Assembly (NCBI GenBank): GCA_964650475.1
Contig: CAZYRK010000001.1
Location: 8,356 to 72,355, forward strand
Source: an uncultured Candidatus Saccharibacteria bacterium
GTDB lineage: Bacteria > Patescibacteriota > Minisyncoccia > Phycocordibacterales > Phycocordibacteraceae
Reading direction: 5' to 3'
Length of the DNA stretch: 64,000 bases
Shown: positions 28,791 to 39,762 of the stretch, one piece after another
Position numbering within the stretch: position 1 is the first letter of the stretch
How the letters are laid out: each line of letters opens with the position of its first letter
Translations under genes and position numbers: made by a program
The notes under the pieces: generated by a model
The model's database searches: none
Told to the model about the DNA's origin: nothing
What the model saw: only the letters and a program-made list of their open reading frames with translations

Positions 28791-29393
28791 TTATCGTAAG
28801 GCGAGGGTGCTGGCGTTCTCCATTATTTTGCGTGCGAGTTCATCTTGAGTGTGTGGGATATGTGCAATTTTTATATGCCCAACAACGCGAATCGTCATAT
28901 TCTTGCAAACACCAAGTGCAATGCTCGGATTTAAAGTCCTCTTCCCCACTCGCACAGTATTCCTCTGGTCTAAAAGAATATCCACTTGTTTGTGTTTGCT
29001 GGCGTTCATTGTATCTGCAATAACACGATAGCCTATTTGTTTTTTAACAAGCCCATAACCACATGTTGGTGAATATTTTTCATTTAGACTTACCATTACC
29101 ACGGTTCCAAAAGGAAGTTTTTTTGCTAGGTCGCGCGAACGCGCGGCAACTACTTCCGGATTTGAATATGCTCCACTTGCCGTTATAAATGGCGACCCGT
29201 CGGTTTGCTCCGGCACAGCATTGTATGAAGTAACAGTTACGTTTAATTTTGATTTAGACGGTATCTTTTTAGTTACGGAAACGGTACTTGCTACTGTTTG
29301 CACAGGAAAATGAACACCGGCTGTCGGAGAGTTTGGTACCGAGATACTCGGCAAAAAGAAAAGACCCATAAGGGCTGAAGCGATAAGATGCAT
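28791..29393 (-). CDS. secreted 3D-domain (MltA-like fold) protein
   Basis: Signal peptide; TSYNAVPEQTDGSPFITASG is typical of 3D-domain proteins. Immediately downstream of the large surface-protein gene. Confidence 0.5.
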   Translation of the reverse strand: MHLIASALMGLFFLPSISVPNSPTAGVHFPVQTVASTVSVTKKIPSKSKLNVTVTSYNAVPEQTDGSPFITASGAYSNPEVVAARSRDLAKKLPFGTVVMVSLNEKYSPTCGYGLVKKQIGYRVIADTMNASKHKQVDILLDQRNTVRVGKRTLNPSIALGVCKNMTIRVVGHIKIAHIPHTQDELARKIMENASTLALR

Positions 29394-29474
29394 AGGTTTG
29401 AGAGAATTGTCTCTGTCTTAATACACCAAACCCTACCACATTGGCATAGCTCTTGTCAATAGCAAAACACTTGT

Positions 29475-32400
29475 TTATATAGAAGCTCTCGTCATAGGAC
29501 CGAACCAGCCGGTTGCAGGAAGTCCTTTGCTTTTCTGGTAGCGCACAAGAGCACGATATGTTTTCCGCCCGAAATAAGTAGTCTCATGACCAGGCGCTCC
29601 GTACCCGGTATCGGAAACGAGATACCCATGCGAATTCAAAAATGTTTGAAGTTTTTTCACACGTGCGCCAACATCGCCAAGATTAAGGTTTCTCATGAAT
29701 TTATAAACTGGAATATCGATAGACTGTGTTTTCCCAAGAGTACTCTCAACTTTTTTAATAATGTCAGCGTCGACCCCAAATGATTTTAATATTGAGATGA
29801 TTGCGGATACTTGTGCGTTTGTGAGTGTTGGTTTTGGTGTTGCTGTTTTTTGTTTAGTACTGGGTCGCGTATGCGCCACCTTTCCGAGCATTTCTGTGCC
29901 TGAGTCTATAAGAGCAGAAGTCGATGTAGCTGTTTTCTTTATTGTACTTACAGGTGTTATATCCCCGCAAGGAATATTAAAGTTTTTTTTATCCGAAGAT
30001 GTTGTATTCCCATTATTATCCACTGCCATGACACTCCACTCGTGCGACTCGTTGCACTTGTATGTGGTTGGAACAGATACTGATGTGGAAGTTGGCGGTA
30101 TATTATCCGATGCAATTGCTCCGTCAACATAAAGCCGGTATTTTGCGATACCTATGTCAGATGAAGATTTGTTCCATGAAAGCTTTGAGCTGTTTGAGAG
30201 TTTCGCTTTTGCTTCTCCAAGAAGATTGAAGGTGCTCGGTGCATCTGTATATTTATCAAGTGCGAAAGTATGGGTAGAATATCCTCCGATATATTTGAAA
30301 ATTATTTGCCCGCTTGAATCTGAAAGACATTCTCCGTTTGAGTTACAAGCTGAGCCTGTAACTGCGGTAGTGGAAGCTGTTCCATCTATTTTAAATTGAT
30401 AATATGTGTTTGGCATTAAATCTCCCACAGTATAAACAGTGCTTGTGGCATGGGTTTTAAACTCTCCCGTAGCGGAGGAAGCTGTCCACTCTTTGTTTTT
30501 GTTTCCTGTTGTGTTCCATTTATCAATAGTAATATCCATAAACTGAGTTGTTGTGGCAAGATACTTCCCTCCCACGGGAGTTACAGAGAAAGAAGCTTTT
30601 GCTGACGATGATGAAGCTGTTTTCATTCTGTATTTACCATCACCATATATTCTGATACTTCCTGTTGTCGGGATATTATTTGTTCCTATTGCGTATGGAG
30701 GTTGGTATTCGTACGCTCCGATATCAGGGGCACCGTATATTGGGTTACCTGCGAAGTCTTTAGTTCTATATGAGATGTATGTTCCAGCGTCAATATCCGG
30801 GCTGTTAGAACTTAATTTAAAATTATATTTTGCATAGTCATTAAAATAGGCGGTTGCAGCGATTGAGTGCAAATCTTTTCCAGAATCTAATCGCCAAGAA
30901 TTTAATTCATCGGATGCGTACGATTTATACGTTGGCGAATAAATGTCAATAAGAGTACCGCTTTTACTGTAATGATTATAGTCCAGATTTAGTTTCGAAA
31001 ACCAGTCAGTATCAGTGGTTCTAATTGCGCTCTCAGTAGAATCATAAGCAATGTTATTACGAATAAATATGTTTGTTAAAATAGCCGGATTAGACCAAAA
31101 TATGAATGCTCTTCCATTAACCCCATCAGGTCTTTGGTTATGCGCCCAGCCACCACCGCTTTTAATTATCGAGTTGTTTTCAAAATGAATATTATTAACA
31201 GTAGTATCCTCCGGTCTCTCCCAAAACGCAAGCCCGTATTCCGAATTCCAAATTATATTATTATAGATATATATATTATAAATATTGGATGTACTCGACC
31301 CTTGAGGAGTTACTGCATCATCATAAATTTGCCAAATCTTATTATTATAAATATCAATATCATGTCCTGCGTTCCAAAGTTGTACGGCATTACCATATCT
31401 AACAGTATGGATTCCGTCCATATATTGATCACCTCCTCCAATATATGAAAAATCGCAATTTTTTATAATCATATGGTCAGAATTATGCATGGATATTCCC
31501 AATGCTCCGCCCATGGATATTCCCAGACCAGTAAATATATTATATTTTTTGTTACTAGCTTCAATATTCATATTTCTTAAAACCAAAGTTATATCATTGT
31601 GATAAAAATCTGCAGGGTTTTGAGTGGAATACATCTCTAGAGCATGGTTATTTAAGTCATACCAATAATCTCCTTGAGCAGTAAGATCATTTTCTTTCCA
31701 TACTTTTACCCCAAAGATACTTTTGTTTTCCATAATTATATTTCCAACATCTGAATCCAAAAAACCGCCACTGACACTAACTTCTTTAAAACTCATATCG
31801 TCTAAATACACTACGGAATTATTAGGTATAAGCCCGAGTGAAAAATTTATTCGAGCGTCAGATACAGTCTTACTAGCTTTAAAATAAATTGTATATTTTT
31901 TCCAACTGGTCGTTATGGTATGTACTCTTACCGGTGCATTAGAATAGTAGAGAGTGTATGGTGGCGATTCTTTAAACAGACTTATTGTTGCACTAAATTC
32001 GTTATCTGATTTTGCATAAAAAGAAAACTTGTAATATTTTCCACTTTCAATAGAGAGGTGGGTGGTTCCAAATTGAATATCGTTTGATGAGGCACTGCTT
32101 GTACTGACAGTTAGTTTATACCCTGCCGGAGCAGAATAAAACTCACCAGAAGTGGTCGTTCTTTCTGCAGAGCCTGTGACACCTGCGCCTAAATTTAAAT
32201 AAGTAAACCAATTAGATAAGTCTGTATCAAAACTAGGGTTTAAAAGCTTCTCTGAGCCTTCAGTAATCCCTGCATTATCACTATTCACCCAAATATTGCC
32301 GGTTTTGTTTTCCCAATCACTAGTTTTATTTCTTGTAACAGCAGTTGTCAATACGGGTTTTGACCCAGTTCCATACGCTCCGTAAGTGATATAACCATCA

Positions 32401-32726
32401 GATGAGCCACTTGCTACAATTAAAGTGTTGCTGTTATTACCTTCCCAAATATCGCCTCTCTTAAATAAGACCTCGTCTCCGGGGTTAAGGGTGGCGTCAT
32501 TTACTTTTGAAATAGTTTTCCACGGAGCACTGATTGAAGTTCCGTTGTTTGTATCACTTCCGTTTACTGAGTCCACATAATATGTAGCGGCACTTACGCT
32601 TTGGGGAATGATTAAAATAAACAGGATAAAAAACACACTTAGCATAAGCATGCTTTTGGAAAACAGTCTGTCGTGACCAAATTTTAAACCATAATACTTT
32701 AACAAACCGCTTTTAATTTTCTCCAT
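29475..32726 (-). CDS. large secreted/cell-surface protein: right-handed beta-helix + CBM4/9-like module + Fn3-like region + C-terminal peptidoglycan-binding (PG_binding_1) domain
   Basis: N-terminal TM/signal. ATYYVDSVNGSDTNNGTSISAPWKTI...PGDEVLFKRGDIW is a beta-helix N-cap. LNPSFDTDLSNWF begins the CBM. Repeated NN(I/K)IWxS beta-helix rungs. C-terminus LQTFLNSHGYLVSDTGYGAPGHETTYFGRKTYRALVRYQKSKGL is PG-binding. Confidence 0.7.
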   Translation of the reverse strand: MEKIKSGLLKYYGLKFGHDRLFSKSMLMLSVFFILFILIIPQSVSAATYYVDSVNGSDTNNGTSISAPWKTISKVNDATLNPGDEVLFKRGDIWEGNNSNTLIVASGSSDGYITYGAYGTGSKPVLTTAVTRNKTSDWENKTGNIWVNSDNAGITEGSEKLLNPSFDTDLSNWFTYLNLGAGVTGSAERTTTSGEFYSAPAGYKLTVSTSSASSNDIQFGTTHLSIESGKYYKFSFYAKSDNEFSATISLFKESPPYTLYYSNAPVRVHTITTSWKKYTIYFKASKTVSDARINFSLGLIPNNSVVYLDDMSFKEVSVSGGFLDSDVGNIIMENKSIFGVKVWKENDLTAQGDYWYDLNNHALEMYSTQNPADFYHNDITLVLRNMNIEASNKKYNIFTGLGISMGGALGISMHNSDHMIIKNCDFSYIGGGDQYMDGIHTVRYGNAVQLWNAGHDIDIYNNKIWQIYDDAVTPQGSSTSNIYNIYIYNNIIWNSEYGLAFWERPEDTTVNNIHFENNSIIKSGGGWAHNQRPDGVNGRAFIFWSNPAILTNIFIRNNIAYDSTESAIRTTDTDWFSKLNLDYNHYSKSGTLIDIYSPTYKSYASDELNSWRLDSGKDLHSIAATAYFNDYAKYNFKLSSNSPDIDAGTYISYRTKDFAGNPIYGAPDIGAYEYQPPYAIGTNNIPTTGSIRIYGDGKYRMKTASSSSAKASFSVTPVGGKYLATTTQFMDITIDKWNTTGNKNKEWTASSATGEFKTHATSTVYTVGDLMPNTYYQFKIDGTASTTAVTGSACNSNGECLSDSSGQIIFKYIGGYSTHTFALDKYTDAPSTFNLLGEAKAKLSNSSKLSWNKSSSDIGIAKYRLYVDGAIASDNIPPTSTSVSVPTTYKCNESHEWSVMAVDNNGNTTSSDKKNFNIPCGDITPVSTIKKTATSTSALIDSGTEMLGKVAHTRPSTKQKTATPKPTLTNAQVSAIISILKSFGVDADIIKKVESTLGKTQSIDIPVYKFMRNLNLGDVGARVKKLQTFLNSHGYLVSDTGYGAPGHETTYFGRKTYRALVRYQKSKGLPATGWFGPMTRASI

Positions 32727-32834
32727 TTTTAAATAATTTCTTCTGCGTTTCTAATGTACTTATTGTACTACATACAAAAAAACGTGTTTCTTGTGTGTAG
32801 CCACGACGCATTACTTTTTTACAGCTTCAATTAT

Positions 32835-33848
32835 TTAAGATTTTGGCTCTATTGTGTTTTGTGGTGTGCCTTTGGCGAAAGCTGTAAGGTTTTCCGCAGA
32901 CGTGTCGAGAATACGCTCGACAGCTTCCTGCGAATTAAATGCGATGTGCGCGGTGACGATAACACGCGGATGATCTATAAGATAATGGTTTGCAAGAGTT
33001 GTCTTTAGTTCTTCTTCGCGCGGATGCGGAAGCGAGAAAAGCCTTGCTTCGTCTTGCATGTCTCCCTCTTCTTCAAGAACATCGAGCCCCGCTCCCGCAA
33101 GCACATTTTCTTGAAGTGCGGTAACAAGTGCCTCTGTTTCAACCACCGCTCCGCGAGCCGTGTTTATAAGATACGCTCCTTTTTTAAACTCGTGGATATT
33201 GTCTTTATTAATCAGGTGATGCGTTTGCGGATTGTACGGAACATGTAGCGTTACTATGTCAGATTTATTCAATAGTTCATTAAGAGATACATATGTAAAA
33301 CCGAGTTCTTTGTCTAGCCCCTCTTTCGGAAAAGCGTCAAACGCGATTACATTCATAGCAAACCCTTTTGCCATTTGTATCGCGTGCACACCGATATGCC
33401 CCGTGCCAACAACACCAATAGTCTTTCCTGAAAGATCAAAACCGCGCAGACCTTCCTGCGAAAAAGACCCTGTATTACTGACACGCTTATACGCATCATA
33501 GATACGGCGCGAAAGAGCAAGGATAAGTGCGAAAGCAAACTCTGCGACAGTATTTACCCCGTAAGAAGGTACGGTACAGACAAGTATCCCGCGTTTTTTT
33601 GCTTCAACAAGATCGATATGGTCAAAACCGGTCGAGCGCGTGGCGATAATTTTCAAATTTGGGAACTTGTCGAGCTCTTTAGCTCCGATATGCGTTGTTA
33701 TAAATATAGACAGCGCTTCGGCATCAGCATCGCCTTCCAGTTCCCCGTCTTTTGAAATAAGAAACTCGGTCTCATAACCGGCTTCGGACAGCCTTTCTTC
33801 TAGGTACTCCTGTTCCCACTCTTCCTCTGCAATGTATACAAGTTTCAT
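32835..33848 (-). CDS. D-isomer-specific 2-hydroxyacid dehydrogenase (lactate/glycerate/hydroxypyruvate reductase type)
   Basis: NAD-binding GVVGTGHIGVHAIQ and catalytic-domain signatures. Adjacent to eno. Confidence 0.75.
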   Translation of the reverse strand: MKLVYIAEEEWEQEYLEERLSEAGYETEFLISKDGELEGDADAEALSIFITTHIGAKELDKFPNLKIIATRSTGFDHIDLVEAKKRGILVCTVPSYGVNTVAEFAFALILALSRRIYDAYKRVSNTGSFSQEGLRGFDLSGKTIGVVGTGHIGVHAIQMAKGFAMNVIAFDAFPKEGLDKELGFTYVSLNELLNKSDIVTLHVPYNPQTHHLINKDNIHEFKKGAYLINTARGAVVETEALVTALQENVLAGAGLDVLEEEGDMQDEARLFSLPHPREEELKTTLANHYLIDHPRVIVTAHIAFNSQEAVERILDTSAENLTAFAKGTPQNTIEPKS

Positions 33849-33857
33849 ATTACGATT

Positions 33858-35057
33858 TTAATTAAGTTCTGTTTCTATTTCTTGCAATCGTTCATATTTT
33901 CTGCGACGTTGCATCTGCCCAAACCCGCCGGCTTTTATACCGTGAGACCCCATTCCATAAGCAAAATCCGCTATGAAAGTGTCTTCTGTCTCGCCTGAAC
34001 GGTGCGAGCAGACTGTAGCCCACCCTGCGGAATGCGTTTTCAAAACAGCTTTTGCCGCTTCAGATACCGTACCTATTTGATTTGGTTTTATAAGCACTGC
34101 ATTTATCGAGTGCTTTGATATAGCGTCCTCAATGCGCTCTGTGTCGGTAACGATTAAATCATCACCTATTACAAGTACCTTGTCTCCAAGTGCCGCTGTG
34201 ATAGAAACAAATCCATCAACATCATCTTCAGCGAAAGGGTCTTCTATCGCATGAAATGGAAACTTGCTAACTAGAGTTTCGTATAGTTCCTGTAGTTCGG
34301 ACGGTGTGTACTTTTTGCCGAGCAATTTGTATGCATCTGTTCCGTCTCGCAATCCGTTTGCGGCAGCATCGATAGCTATCGAAGTGTTTGGATGAGCGCT
34401 AACAAGCTCGGAAAGTATCTCGAAAGGTCTTTCTATCGCTTCAAACTTTGGCGAATATCCACCTTCGTCTCCCATCGGGAGCTCGTTTGTTTCTTTGCGC
34501 AACATTTCACCGAGTGTTGCAAAAGCACTTTCTGCCGTTTTTACAGACTCTGTTACAGTTTTCTCACCCACTACAAACAAATACTCTTGTATCGGTAAAC
34601 GGAAATCTGCGTGTTCCCCACCGTTCATTACGTTTACAAACAAATGAGGGGCAGAAGGTGTGGTGCCGTAGGTATCTGCAAGATACCTCCACAAAGGAAC
34701 ACCTGCCTCTTGCGCGAAAAGTCGCGATGCAGCGATGGAGACAGAGAGGATTGCGTTTGCTCCAAGACGCGACTTGTCCGGAGTTCCGTCTAAGTCAATG
34801 AGGAAGTCATCGATTTCTTTCGTTGAAGCAAAATCTTTTTCTGAAAGTGAGAAAAAAATCTCTCCCTCAAGCGAGGCACACACACCGGAAACCCCGCCAT
34901 CTGCATCACGAAGTTCTTTTGCTTCATGTGAGCCCGTACTTTTTCCGGAAGGAACCGACGCAATCGCCTCAAGAGAATCTGTACGAAGAGTAGTCTCAAC
35001 TGTCTCGCGCCCTCGGCTATCTAAAATAGCTCGCGCATGTATTTCTTTTATTCTCAT
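33858..35057 (-). CDS. eno: enolase (phosphopyruvate hydratase)
   Basis: MRIKEIHARAILDSRG N-terminus and the SHRSGETEDTFIADFA signature. The true start is probably the internal Met at 35057, not the ORF-track 35117. Confidence 0.9.
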   Translation of the reverse strand: MRIKEIHARAILDSRGRETVETTLRTDSLEAIASVPSGKSTGSHEAKELRDADGGVSGVCASLEGEIFFSLSEKDFASTKEIDDFLIDLDGTPDKSRLGANAILSVSIAASRLFAQEAGVPLWRYLADTYGTTPSAPHLFVNVMNGGEHADFRLPIQEYLFVVGEKTVTESVKTAESAFATLGEMLRKETNELPMGDEGGYSPKFEAIERPFEILSELVSAHPNTSIAIDAAANGLRDGTDAYKLLGKKYTPSELQELYETLVSKFPFHAIEDPFAEDDVDGFVSITAALGDKVLVIGDDLIVTDTERIEDAISKHSINAVLIKPNQIGTVSEAAKAVLKTHSAGWATVCSHRSGETEDTFIADFAYGMGSHGIKAGGFGQMQRRRKYERLQEIETELN

Positions 35058-35058
35058 A

Positions 35059-37512
35059 TTACTCTTTTGTACTTTCAGAAGGCTTTTTACCAGAACCTCT
35101 GCCAAGCTCCTCTTCAAGCTTTGCTACGTTTATCATTGTTTTTACAACAACGTCCGAGTTAAGCGACATACTTTCAATCCCGTTCTCAACCAAGAAAGAT
35201 GCGAAGTCCGGAAGGTCTGAAGGTCCTTGTCCGCAAATTCCGATATATTTTCCGCGTTCCTTTGCTTTGGCGATTATTGTCTCAATAAATTTACGTACTG
35301 CCGGATTGTTCTCATTTCCAACAGCGCTTACGATACCAGAGTCTCTATCCAAACCGAGCGTAAGCTGTGTAAGGTCGTTACTTCCGATGGACATTCCATC
35401 GAAGCGGTCGAAGAAATCATCTGCAAGCAATACGTTGCTTGGAATCTCACACATCATATACACAGGCGTAGCTTGTTCTCCTGGGCGAGCATACGATGTC
35501 GGCACGATACCGTGAGCAGACATAATCTTAAGAACCTTATCTGCCTCTTCTGTTGTACGGCAGAAAGGAATCATCGGAATAACATTGTTTAGTCCCATTG
35601 TCTCACGCACTATTTTTAGCGCTTCAACTTCCAGCACAAAAGCTTTCTCAAATTTCGGATCGTAATAACGCGATGCTCCACGCCAACCAATCATCGGGTT
35701 CGACTCCGTCGGTTCATAATCCGCTCCACCCAAAAGTGTGCTGTATTCGTTTGATTTGAAATCTGAAAAACGAACAATCACAGGGCGCGGATAAAACGCA
35801 GCTCCGATACGCGCAATTCCGTAAGACAGTTTGTCGCGATAAAAAGCAACAGGATCTTTCCACCCGACCATTTTCTTTGCAATAGCAAGCCTTAAGGCGT
35901 TTGAAAGCGACTTAAAATCAATAAGTGCCATCGGGTGCACTCCTATATGCGAAGCAATAATAAACTCTTCACGAGCAAGCCCGACACCTTCTACCGGCAA
36001 AAACGAGTGGTCGAAAGCCATGTCCGGTGTCGCAACATTTACCATTATTTTTGTGTCCGGTGTAGGGATTTTCGTAACATCATGTTCATGGATAGCAAAA
36101 TCTGCTTTCCCAGAATACACAGTACCCTCACTACCTATTGTGTCGGCTGTAACAATATCGCCAGTCTTAATAAGGTGTGTTGCACGTTCTGTGCCGACAA
36201 TAGCCGGTACGCCAAGCTCGCGCGAAACAATAGCGGCGTGCGAAGTACGACCTCCGCGATCGGTAATAATGGCAGATGCCATACGCATAATCGGTTCCCA
36301 GTCCGGGTCTGTCATGCTTGTAACAAGCACTTCTCCTTTTTTGAAGGTCGGTATTTTTTTAAGATCGAGAATAACGTGTGCCGGTCCAGTTGCAATGCTT
36401 GAACCCACCGAGATACCTTTTATTATTTCTTTACCATGCGACTTCATTTCAAACTCCTTGAGTTTTGTCATATCGCGCGTAGACTGCACTGTTTCCGGAC
36501 GCGCCTGCACCAGATAAAGCTCGTTTGTGTCGCCATCTTTAGCCCACTCCATATCCATTGGAGACCACTTTCCTGCACGGTCAGAATAATGCTTTTCCAC
36601 AATCATTCCCCACTCTGCAAGAGTGCGAATCTCATCATCGGAAAGAACAAAAGTATGCTGTTCCTCGTGTGTTGCGGAAATAACTTTCGTTTCTTGAATT
36701 CCGGACATCTTTCTGCCTCCGTAAATCATCTTTTTCTTTTTAACACCAGCTTTCTTTTCGATAATAGGGTTCGGTGCGGTATTTAGAGTTTCTTTGAATA
36801 CAAGGTACTCGTCCGGAATAACATGCCCCTGCACAATCATCTCGCCAAGCCCCCATGTCGCGTTAATGACAACGACATTACGAAAACCGGATTCCGTATC
36901 AACAGTAAACATAACGCCAGAAGCGCCCTTATCGCTTCTTACCATTTTTTGTACACCTGCAGAAAGAGCGACCTTCATATGCCCGTACCCTTTATCTATA
37001 CGGTACGAAATTGCGCGGTTCGTAAAGAGAGACGCCATTGTCCACTTAACAGCTTTCAAAACATCTTTTTTTCCACGAATACCCAAATAACTTTCTTGCT
37101 GACCTGCAAAAGACGCCCCTGGCAAGTCCTCTGCGGTTGCACTGGAGCGAACAGCCACATCGGTATTTTTTCCATACCGTTCTTCCATTTGTACATACGC
37201 TGCAAAAATCTCATCTGCAAGATCTTTAGGAAATTTTGTACGATAAATAGCGTTGCGTACCTTCTTTCCGCGCCGTGCCAAGTCCGCGAGGTTTTCTTTA
37301 TTGACACCATCGAGCGTTTTCTCAATAAAAGCATCAAGTCCTGTTTGCTGTAAAAAATAACGGTAAGCGGATGCTGTCGTAACAAAACCCGAAGGAATTC
37401 GTATACCTTTGTCGGTAAGATTGCGTATCATTTCACCAAGAGATGCGTTTTTACCACCGACTTCCGGAACATCATCCATGTTAATGTCTTCCATCCAAAG
37501 AATATGTGCCAT
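35059..37512 (-). CDS. ppsA: phosphoenolpyruvate synthase (pyruvate, water dikinase)
   Basis: N-terminal VGGKNASLGEM; phospho-His region GGRTSHAAIVSRELGVPAIVG; C-terminal PEP-utilising TIM barrel. 817 aa. Confidence 0.85.
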   Translation of the reverse strand: MAHILWMEDINMDDVPEVGGKNASLGEMIRNLTDKGIRIPSGFVTTASAYRYFLQQTGLDAFIEKTLDGVNKENLADLARRGKKVRNAIYRTKFPKDLADEIFAAYVQMEERYGKNTDVAVRSSATAEDLPGASFAGQQESYLGIRGKKDVLKAVKWTMASLFTNRAISYRIDKGYGHMKVALSAGVQKMVRSDKGASGVMFTVDTESGFRNVVVINATWGLGEMIVQGHVIPDEYLVFKETLNTAPNPIIEKKAGVKKKKMIYGGRKMSGIQETKVISATHEEQHTFVLSDDEIRTLAEWGMIVEKHYSDRAGKWSPMDMEWAKDGDTNELYLVQARPETVQSTRDMTKLKEFEMKSHGKEIIKGISVGSSIATGPAHVILDLKKIPTFKKGEVLVTSMTDPDWEPIMRMASAIITDRGGRTSHAAIVSRELGVPAIVGTERATHLIKTGDIVTADTIGSEGTVYSGKADFAIHEHDVTKIPTPDTKIMVNVATPDMAFDHSFLPVEGVGLAREEFIIASHIGVHPMALIDFKSLSNALRLAIAKKMVGWKDPVAFYRDKLSYGIARIGAAFYPRPVIVRFSDFKSNEYSTLLGGADYEPTESNPMIGWRGASRYYDPKFEKAFVLEVEALKIVRETMGLNNVIPMIPFCRTTEEADKVLKIMSAHGIVPTSYARPGEQATPVYMMCEIPSNVLLADDFFDRFDGMSIGSNDLTQLTLGLDRDSGIVSAVGNENNPAVRKFIETIIAKAKERGKYIGICGQGPSDLPDFASFLVENGIESMSLNSDVVVKTMINVAKLEEELGRGSGKKPSESTKE

Positions 37513-37527
37513 ATGTAATTTAATGTG

Positions 37528-38844
37528 TTATGTAATGCGAGCTTTAAGCGCAATTATAAGATCCGAGACGTTTGAACCGGTGTATCCGGTTATAAGAGCA
37601 TCTGCGGTTGCGGTGAAAAAATCATAAGAACTGTGTGATGCGAGATATTCACCAATATCAAGTGCGCGCTCTTCTGCGTGCGCTCTTGTAATATTATCAC
37701 ACAGTGCCCCTGCAAAATCCGTATCGTCGTGTCCATCTGAGGAAAACGGTATTATGATTTCGTCATCGTGAATACGCGCGAGTGCGGAAAGCGCAAGCTC
37801 CTGAGAGCGCCCGCCCTTGCCTGCGTTTTCATTGAGAGTAACGGTAGACTCGCCACCGTAAAGCAGAACAGTGCCCGGCTCCGCTTTGGAGAGTTCGTTT
37901 AAAACATCTTGTGCCACATCGCGCGCTTCACCGGAAAAGCGGTCGGTTACGATACGTGGTTTATACCCTTTTTCTTTAGCGGTTTCCGCCATAGCCTGAA
38001 GAGCCAAGACATTTGTAACAAGAAGCTCATTGTGTACCCGAGCAAAAAACTTTTCGTCTTTAGGGGTCGGAAGCAAAGCGACACCACTAAGCGCACGCAC
38101 GTTATACTTTTCGATAATCGCGCGCGCATCGTCTACGGTTGTTTCATCTTTTACAGTAGGTCCGGATGAAATAAATGAAATATCATTTCCCGGCACATCG
38201 GAAAAAATAAGACTCACTACACGCGCCGGGTACGCCACTTCCGCAAGCTTACCTCCGCGTGCTTTAGAAAGATGCTTACGCACTGTATTCATTTCTTGTA
38301 TTGTCGCACCAACATCGGTGAGCTCTTCAAAAACAGCAACTTCTGTTGCAACGGTTACAGGTTCTTCCGGCAAACACAAAAGAGTTGAGCCTCCTCCGGA
38401 AACAAGCACGATAACGATGTCGTCTTCTTTTAGTAAGTGCAACGTGTCGACTAGTTGCGATGTTGCTTCAACATTTTTTTCTGACGGTTTCGGATGGCTT
38501 CCTAAAAAACTTTTTATTTTCTTAAGTGGCAAACGATGGTTTGTATCCGCCACATCAATAATGGTGCCGCCGGCAATCCTGTCTCCCAAGATTTCTTCCA
38601 GAGCCGACCCTGCGACAACCGAACATTTTCCGGCTCCAACAACCCATATCTTTTGGTCTTTTTTAAGATTGTATGTATTTCCGACGACTGTAAGAGTGTC
38701 GCCACTAAGATTCACCGCCTTTATCAAAGCTGTACGCGTGTCGATTGCGGAGTATCCGGCTTCAACAATTTCAAGAGCATCGCGCCTCTTTTGCGTCTCG
38801 CCAAGAGATTCGGAGTTCTTAATAATCGCTGTCATTATATTCAA
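37528..38844 (-). CDS. glycerate kinase, MOFRL family (glycerate 2-kinase / TtuD-like)
   Basis: GTVLLYGGESTVTL...GKGGRSQELALSA signature of the DUF4147/MOFRL glycerate kinases. Confidence 0.7.
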   Translation of the reverse strand: MNIMTAIIKNSESLGETQKRRDALEIVEAGYSAIDTRTALIKAVNLSGDTLTVVGNTYNLKKDQKIWVVGAGKCSVVAGSALEEILGDRIAGGTIIDVADTNHRLPLKKIKSFLGSHPKPSEKNVEATSQLVDTLHLLKEDDIVIVLVSGGGSTLLCLPEEPVTVATEVAVFEELTDVGATIQEMNTVRKHLSKARGGKLAEVAYPARVVSLIFSDVPGNDISFISSGPTVKDETTVDDARAIIEKYNVRALSGVALLPTPKDEKFFARVHNELLVTNVLALQAMAETAKEKGYKPRIVTDRFSGEARDVAQDVLNELSKAEPGTVLLYGGESTVTLNENAGKGGRSQELALSALARIHDDEIIIPFSSDGHDDTDFAGALCDNITRAHAEERALDIGEYLASHSSYDFFTATADALITGYTGSNVSDLIIALKARIT

Positions 38845-38909
38845 TGATAACAGATGATTTTAAAAAATAATGTAAAACTGGGCGCACCTGTCGAAAAACC
38901 GATTTTTAA

Positions 38910-39668
38910 TTAAAAAGACTCAGAGTCTTTGACTGTCTCGCGTATGTCTTTATGTGACTTTGTAAGAGGCTTACCAAAAAGATTCGTATAAATAAAATTT
39001 ATCGCGTAGCGAGCTCCGGTAGTAAGTACGCCTTCACTGGAAAGGCGCCGCCCTGAAGTGTACATCGGTAGCGCAAAAGTCCATTTCACTTTTCCGACCT
39101 TGTTCAAACGACGTGCCACATCCGTGTCTTCGCCATAAAACTCGATAGTTGTATCAAAACCACCAACTATCTCAAAAGATGAGCGTCTTATTATAAAATT
39201 TCCTCCTTGAAGCATTGCTCCTTTTCTAAACATTTTTAGAAAAAGCTGTGTGATATATCCAAAAAAATAGAAAACCTTCACATACGCGCGCCTTAATATG
39301 GAAAGATCATAATAAATGAACGGACCACTTAAAGCCACAAGTTTTTCATCGCGCTCAAACTCACGGAGCACAGTCTCCAGCCAACCGCCTGGAAGCACTG
39401 TATCTGAATCAATATTTAAAATAAGCTCGCCGGTCGAAGCCTGCATGCCTGCATGACGAGCATGCACGAGTCCTTTTTTGGGTTCGTTTACAATTCGTAC
39501 CATTTCAAAATCGCCGGCGATTTTTGCGGTCGCGTCCGTACTTGCGTTGTTTACCACCACGACTTCGCAATCACACGGCGTGCGCGCGATTTCTTTTTCA
39601 ACCGAAGCAAGACACTTCGCTATGTATTTTTCTTCATTGTATGCCGGTATTACAAAACTGATATGCAT
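38910..39668 (-). CDS. family 2 glycosyltransferase
   Basis: ISFVIPAYNEEKYI and a DSD motif, NIDSDTVL. Confidence 0.7.
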   Translation of the reverse strand: MHISFVIPAYNEEKYIAKCLASVEKEIARTPCDCEVVVVNNASTDATAKIAGDFEMVRIVNEPKKGLVHARHAGMQASTGELILNIDSDTVLPGGWLETVLREFERDEKLVALSGPFIYYDLSILRRAYVKVFYFFGYITQLFLKMFRKGAMLQGGNFIIRRSSFEIVGGFDTTIEFYGEDTDVARRLNKVGKVKWTFALPMYTSGRRLSSEGVLTTGARYAINFIYTNLFGKPLTKSHKDIRETVKDSESF

Positions 39669-39762
39669 AAGTTATATAATAAACAAGATAGCAAAAAGAA
39701 AAAGCCCGGCAAGCAAAGCGAAAGCTTTACTTGCCGGGCTTTTGACGCCACCGGTTAAGAAA

